Below, piece by piece: positions 58,474-64,000 of a stretch of DNA of 64,000 bases (the first letter of the stretch is position 1; every line of letters begins with the position of its first letter). The DNA comes from the human T2T-CHM13v2.0 reference genome, Homo sapiens. Under the pieces are notes generated by a model that made no database searches, had not been told where the DNA came from, and saw nothing but the letters and a program-made list of their open reading frames with translations. The position numbers and the translations under genes are program-made. The stretch is taken from the NCBI RefSeq assembly GCF_009914755.1, contig NC_060926.1; one strand, given 5' to 3'.

Positions 58474-59496
58474 TTCTGGAAAATAGAAGCAATGGGGAGA
58501 AGAGTAGAGGGTGTGTTTCCCAGCACTGGTTTGTGCCAAATCTGGGAAAACTTGACGGAAAAATACTAGAGACCCTGAGACTTATGTTTTGCCTCCACGC
58601 TGCCTTTAATCTGATTGCCTGTCCATTGCCCTGCCGTAACCCATTCCCACTTTGCTCCTGCCAGGAAGATCAGAATTCTGGTCTGTACTCATTTGGCAGA
58701 AGAACCTGGGAAGAGAGGATAAGAGATACTTGTACAATAACGCCTTCATATTGTGCAGGTTTTACTATACTACATGAGGAGAGTGGGGAATGTGATTTGA
58801 TTTATTATTGAATATTATAGATCCTTGAAATATACAGATATGACATTTACAGTTTCACAAGTGACATTGAAGATGCATGGCAGGTAGTCATGTCACTTTG
58901 TTGAGGCATGAGTTTGGAACAGGTGGCAAAGCTAGTGGGTAAATGTGGCAAGTCACTGACAAGTGGGCTTAGCTGACTCTCAGCACCTCCATCCCAGTGT
59001 AATTTACCAGTGGCCACTCTTGTTGGGTGAACTTCTCCTAAAATAATTAAAATTATTGTTGAAAGGCTTGGGTTTTGAAGGGGTTTTGTTGTTTTGTGAA
59101 AAATGGCCTTGGGAAATTAAAAATCCAACTACTATTCTTGGAAATGGAAACAGAAGGTGAAGCTATAGGGCTTATTTAAAAAATAACTCTACATTTGTTT
59201 TGGTTTACTATTTATGAAATAATTAAGGACCCAAATATTTAAATTTAAACTTTATTGCCTTTTATGAAGGTAATTAAATGTAATTGTGGTATCCACAAAT
59301 TTGGGCATTTGGAAATATCAGGAATCTCCTGTTAAATCTGAATTTACATTTAATATTAGATGAATCAGTGTTGTTATTAATTCTCAGTTTTGTATGGTTT
59401 AGAAATCTTTTGTTAAATCTATTTTTAGGAGAAACTGAAAAGTATTGATTATTGATTATAATGAGTAGTATTTATAGAAACTTTGTAAAGTAAAAG

Positions 59497-59572
59497 AGAA
59501 ACAACTTATCAAATAGAATTATTTGATAACTTATCAAATAGAATAGAAACAACTTATCAAATAGAATTATTT
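59497..59572. repeat. 28-bp direct repeat with a partial third copy and an internal palindrome
   Basis: agaaacaacttatcaaatagaattattt at 59497-59524 and 59545-59572. Confidence 0.9.
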
Positions 59573-62239
59573 ACTTATGTAAAATTTTATGTACTATCAT
59601 CTATGAAGGACTGAATTTAAAAGGCTTGAAATATTTGCCTCACATATATAAAGTGCTAAGTGTTTGCTATTTTTATACTTTCTTACAAATACCAATTTTT
59701 TAAAAAAATCCAAGAAGAAGAAACAAAACAAGATAATTTATTGAGTACCTGCTCTGTGCCAGTTACTTTTTTAGGCATTTGGAATAGACTGCCCAGAACA
59801 GAACTAGATATTGTATGTCATACATCACAATATTTTATTCCATAAAAGTCTCCAAATTCTTAGAAAATGTCCCTTCTAGTTTCTCTGTGTCTATGTGTGT
59901 CTTTACTGTAACTTATTCAAATTTGCTCTCACTGAAATATATTATTGCATGTGGCAATTCCCAGCTGTTTATTTCCATCTGAAATACCAAACCAAATATT
60001 TCTTAATTACTGTTAACTGATGATGGAAGTATAGACAGTATAAACCTTATTAATAAACTTACTACACATGAAAAAAGATAATTTAGCAAAACCTATCTCT
60101 AGAGATACATTACATTTTGATTATTTTTTTATTGATACTCCTTCATATCTAATAGTTTATAAGGACATTTTACACATATAGTTGAAAACATATCAACATA
60201 TTAACTTTAATAGAATACAAGATATAGAATATGATGTTTAAAAATAGAAGACTGTAAATAGGATTTTTATACCTAAGTTAGCTTAAATATGTAAGTAACT
60301 ATTTAAATATCTTATAAGAATGTTAACACATTTTTAGAAGGTCTTGAATCCTTGGTCCAGATCTTCTTATATCTAATCTGCTTATAACTTTTACCTAGAA
60401 AATCAGCCTTAGATGATTTTAAATGACTTAGCTTACCTACAGCCATCTAAAAACTTGTTTTGGACTTCTGATTCTGGATAGATATAGTTTCAGATAATTG
60501 AAGATTACCAAGGTACTGTCTGCTTACGACACGGAAAAGCTTAATGTTTGGCTAATTTTAGTTGCATTTGAGTTTGTTAATTTTTAATCAGTAAGATTTG
60601 TTAGGTAACCTTAAAGTTAAGTCACTGCTACTCCCCAACCCAAAGCCTTCTCAGACTCCCCATTCACACCTCTCACATCCAATCATAATTAAACACTCTG
60701 TGTTCTCATAACACTTTGTACATATCACTAATATGGAATTTGTTATAGCTGAATATGCTAAAACTGGATGGCAAAATTCAGGGAATCGAAGGCTTCTGTT
60801 AGGTTTCTCCCTCTAATGCTTCAGGTAGTGCCAGGAAATAATAAACCCCCAACAAGTATTTATAGGGATCAATGGATTAATCTTGAAGGGGCTTTTTTAC
60901 TTAAAACGTAATAAAATTAACATGGTTAAAATAAAAGCTGTCATATGACATGTGCTGAAGGTATTTTATATTCTATCCTTTATCTACTTTATCTTTTGGG
61001 GAGCATACTCACTACATTCTTTTTCCATATGGTTAAAAGAGAGTGATTCAAACTCTCTGCCTTAGGGGTGAGCATGTGATTCAGGACTTTTGTAGTTTCT
61101 TTTTCACCCAATTCCCCAGTTATGAGGGCCAATGTATTCCTTTATTTTGCTTTTGATAATTCTAACGGAGTGTCACACACATTCAATAGCTTCCTGGCTA
61201 AAATAACATCTGCATTTTAGAATTTCCCCATAAGAAATATTTATCAGGTTCAGGTTCTTTAGAAGTTTAACTACAGTTTGATATGCATATGAAATTCTAT
61301 TTTATTGCCTCTCCTACTACAAAAGTTTTTCACTCTCACAGTAGTTTTATTTTTCTTTTCACAGTATTTCAAGTATTTTGATCAGAGCCAATTACTTTTA
61401 AATGTAGTTTTTTTTGAATGATGTTTTCTTTGTAACTTATCTTATTTCTTTCTTGACTGTCTAATATCCGAGGCTTTGTTGTGCTCCATTCTTTTCTCAT
61501 GCTTGCCATTTGTCTCGATTTTCTTCAATGATTTTTTCAGCCTATTTTTCTTACTCAAGATAAAGAAAGACATAGACACATCCATTTTATATTTCAGCAA
61601 TATTTATCTTAAATAAACCTACAAAGCGGTTAAAGTAAGATGTCCCACTGAATGTCATAGATATTAGGAATGGCTTATCTTTCTCTTTTAACTCTCTTTA
61701 TTAAAAGAGAGAAACTGCTAAAGAGTAAATATTTGTTTTTTTGAATGCATCTCTTTAGCTTTTGACCCCCACCTGATCTCTCAAAAAAGAAAAAAAGTGA
61801 CATTTTTACTTTCCAGAGCCTACACACAGACAAAAATGGCTTTAAAACTCTATGCATCAGAGGAATGCTAAAGAAAGAAAAATATTTCATGTTATTTTTC
61901 GTGTTTTCACTTTAGCATTTCAATTACATGCTTGTTAGTGTACATTCTTCTTATGTTTGGGGTTGGTTTTGATGAGTGTAGTAGCATGATATTTTTTAGA
62001 ATGTTTTATTACAAAATCAGCCAATACTGTTTAAGGATTACATTAAAATTGGTAAACTGCCAATTGAAAAAAAACATTAAAAATAGATAATATCTGAATA
62101 ATTATTTTAAATAAAAATATGTGTTTTTGCCTAGTGACATCCATTCTCACAGAAAAGTGGTATTGAATGTTTCATGGTACATCTATCTCACAGCTAAGAC
62201 ATTAAAATGTGTTGAGAAATTAGTTTCCTTGCTATTCTT

Positions 62240-62541
62240 TTTTTTTTTTTTTTTTTTTTTTTGAAACAGAGTTTCGCTCGTCTCACTCAGGCTGGAGTGC
62301 AGTGGCACAATCTCGGCTCACTGCAACCCCCGCCTCCTGGGTTCAAGCGAGTCTCCTGACTCAGCCTCCTGAGTAGCTGGAATTACAGGCACCCACCACT
62401 ATGCCTGGCTAATTTGTGTATTTTTAGTAGAGATGGGGTTTCACCATGTTGGCCAGCCTGGTCTTGAACTCCTGACCTCAGGTGATCCACCCGCCTTGGC
62501 CTCCCAAAGTGCTGAGATTACAGGCGTGAGCCACCACTCCC
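62240..62541 (-). mobile_element. Full-length Alu (AluSx/Sq-like)
   Basis: Long T tail; TSD tccttgctattctt at 62226-62239 and 62542-62555. Confidence 0.95.
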
Positions 62542-62904
62542 TCCTTGCTATTCTTGAGCACATTGTAGTAAAATGACCTATTTGGAGCCAGAAATGAACC
62601 AGCCACCTACACAAACTCTTGTTAATCTTTTCAGCCAAATTATAGCCTTAAATTTTAATCTCAGAAGAAAATTTTTGTCACTCAATCTGTGAAATACAGG
62701 ATCAAATAAATGGCTTTTGCTTTAATTTTTTTTACACTTCATGACATAGTTGCTTACCATGTAGAATACTTATTGCTAGCAATGTAATTATCATGAACAG
62801 TGTCTGAAACATCCATTTTTAGTCAAGTTCTGTGACTAATCAAGCTAAAACATACATTTTCAAGAGATCCACCTGAGGACTGTCTATCCATGGATTTTCT
62901 ATCC

Positions 62905-63058
62905 CACTGCACTTTAAAATTGACTGGGAGCTTCTATAAAATGCTCTCTGGATGTGCCTCATACCAAATAAATAGTAATCTTTGAAGGTGTGGCCTTGGG
63001 TTATATTTTTTAAAACTCTACAGATAATTTTAAGGTGAACCAAGGTTAAATACCATTT
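62905..63058. mobile_element. MER5-like fragment
   Basis: ctgcactttaaaattgactgggagctt...tattttttaaaactctacagataatttta...ccaaggtt. Confidence 0.5.
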
Positions 63059-64000
63059 ATTTGAACCAAATGAATATTCAGAAACATGTTATTCAATTTT
63101 TAGTCACTTGTTGAGAACTAATTTCTTGACAAAAAAGACATTCACTTTGTGGTTAATGTCAAAAATTTTACCTTTCATTTCTTAATATGAAATATATTGC
63201 AGAAATCCCTGATAATCACAAACACCTGCATTTTAAAAGATTTCCATTATTATGAACTATTTTTTATTATTATTTGGATCTTCCTGGGGAGACTTTATCT
63301 CACTGGGAGGTAATCTATGTTAAGTCTTAATTCAAAAAATGAAAGTTCTTGAGAAAGGGTTGAAGCATATAGGTCATTAGCAAAAAGCTGATGTTGAAAT
63401 ATTCACTGAAGTATCCATTATAATAATGAATACTAAATTACTATAAGATTTATTTTCCTAGAATAGTAATTTTCCCATGTGAGCACTCTGCAATATTTTA
63501 CAGTAGTAGGTTCACTTCGAGAGTTGTTTCTGAATACGTATAGCATATGAACTAAATCAAATTGGTAAAAATAAACATAGAAGTGAGGGAGTAACCAAAA
63601 AAAAAATAAAGTTATATCCAACCTTTTGTTTCAGAACAATAAAATGCAATCTACTGAAATAAAATATTTGATTAATTTAAGAGGTTGGTATTTAGTAGCA
63701 AAATTTAAAGCAATAAAATAGTTTTGGTAATGGTATTTAAAAGTAACCTAAATTTAAGTATTTCTTCTCATCAAAAGATACTTCTATTATAATAAAATAT
63801 CAATTTTAAATTATAATTCTTAAAATATTTATTAAGTGCAAAGTTTAATGATATACTGTACCAGAGATATAAATATAAGTAAGAGATGATTCCTGCCTTT
63901 AATAAATAGGTATTCAAGTGTGGATGACACAGACATATGCAGAAAACTCGCAATGTAGTGACTGCTATACTAATAAAGTGTGGTGATCAGAAGAGGGCAT

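Noticed and set aside
58281-58811. 176-aa ORF, the longest non-L1 ORF
   Set aside because: Starts inside a Charlie1 element with a non-ATG start; no recognisable domain or exon structure

Overview
AT-rich primate (human-like) non-coding DNA, either intergenic or deep intronic. I cannot support any host protein-coding exon, RNA gene or CpG island. The ORF-track entries are L1 ORF1/ORF2 remnants, Alu or microsatellite read-throughs, or chance ORFs. The window is a layered transposon landscape: 10 Alus or Alu fragments, L1s of several ages, L2/MIR, ERVL/MaLR LTRs (MLT2D, MLT2A+HERVL start, LTR33, LTR40, MLT1A) and DNA transposons (MER85, Tigger2, MER20, MER96B, Charlie1). Five observations stand out. 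(1) A heavily decayed Ty3/Gypsy (sushi/Mart-like) pol fossil lies at ~49.2-50.4 kb, with a possible gag upstream. (2) A twin-primed L1PA3-like element has a TSD that also encloses an older L1MA 3' end, consistent with a 3' transduction. (3) An L1PB 5'UTR/ORF1 piece is 3'-truncated yet TSD-flanked. (4) A chain-of-hairpins insert sits at an ERVL LTR/internal junction, with several similar template-switch scars elsewhere. (5) A MER85 retains an intact CSB-PGBD3 binding palindrome. No new functional system can be proven from sequence alone. Repeat family and subfamily calls come from recalled consensus sequences, not from a search.
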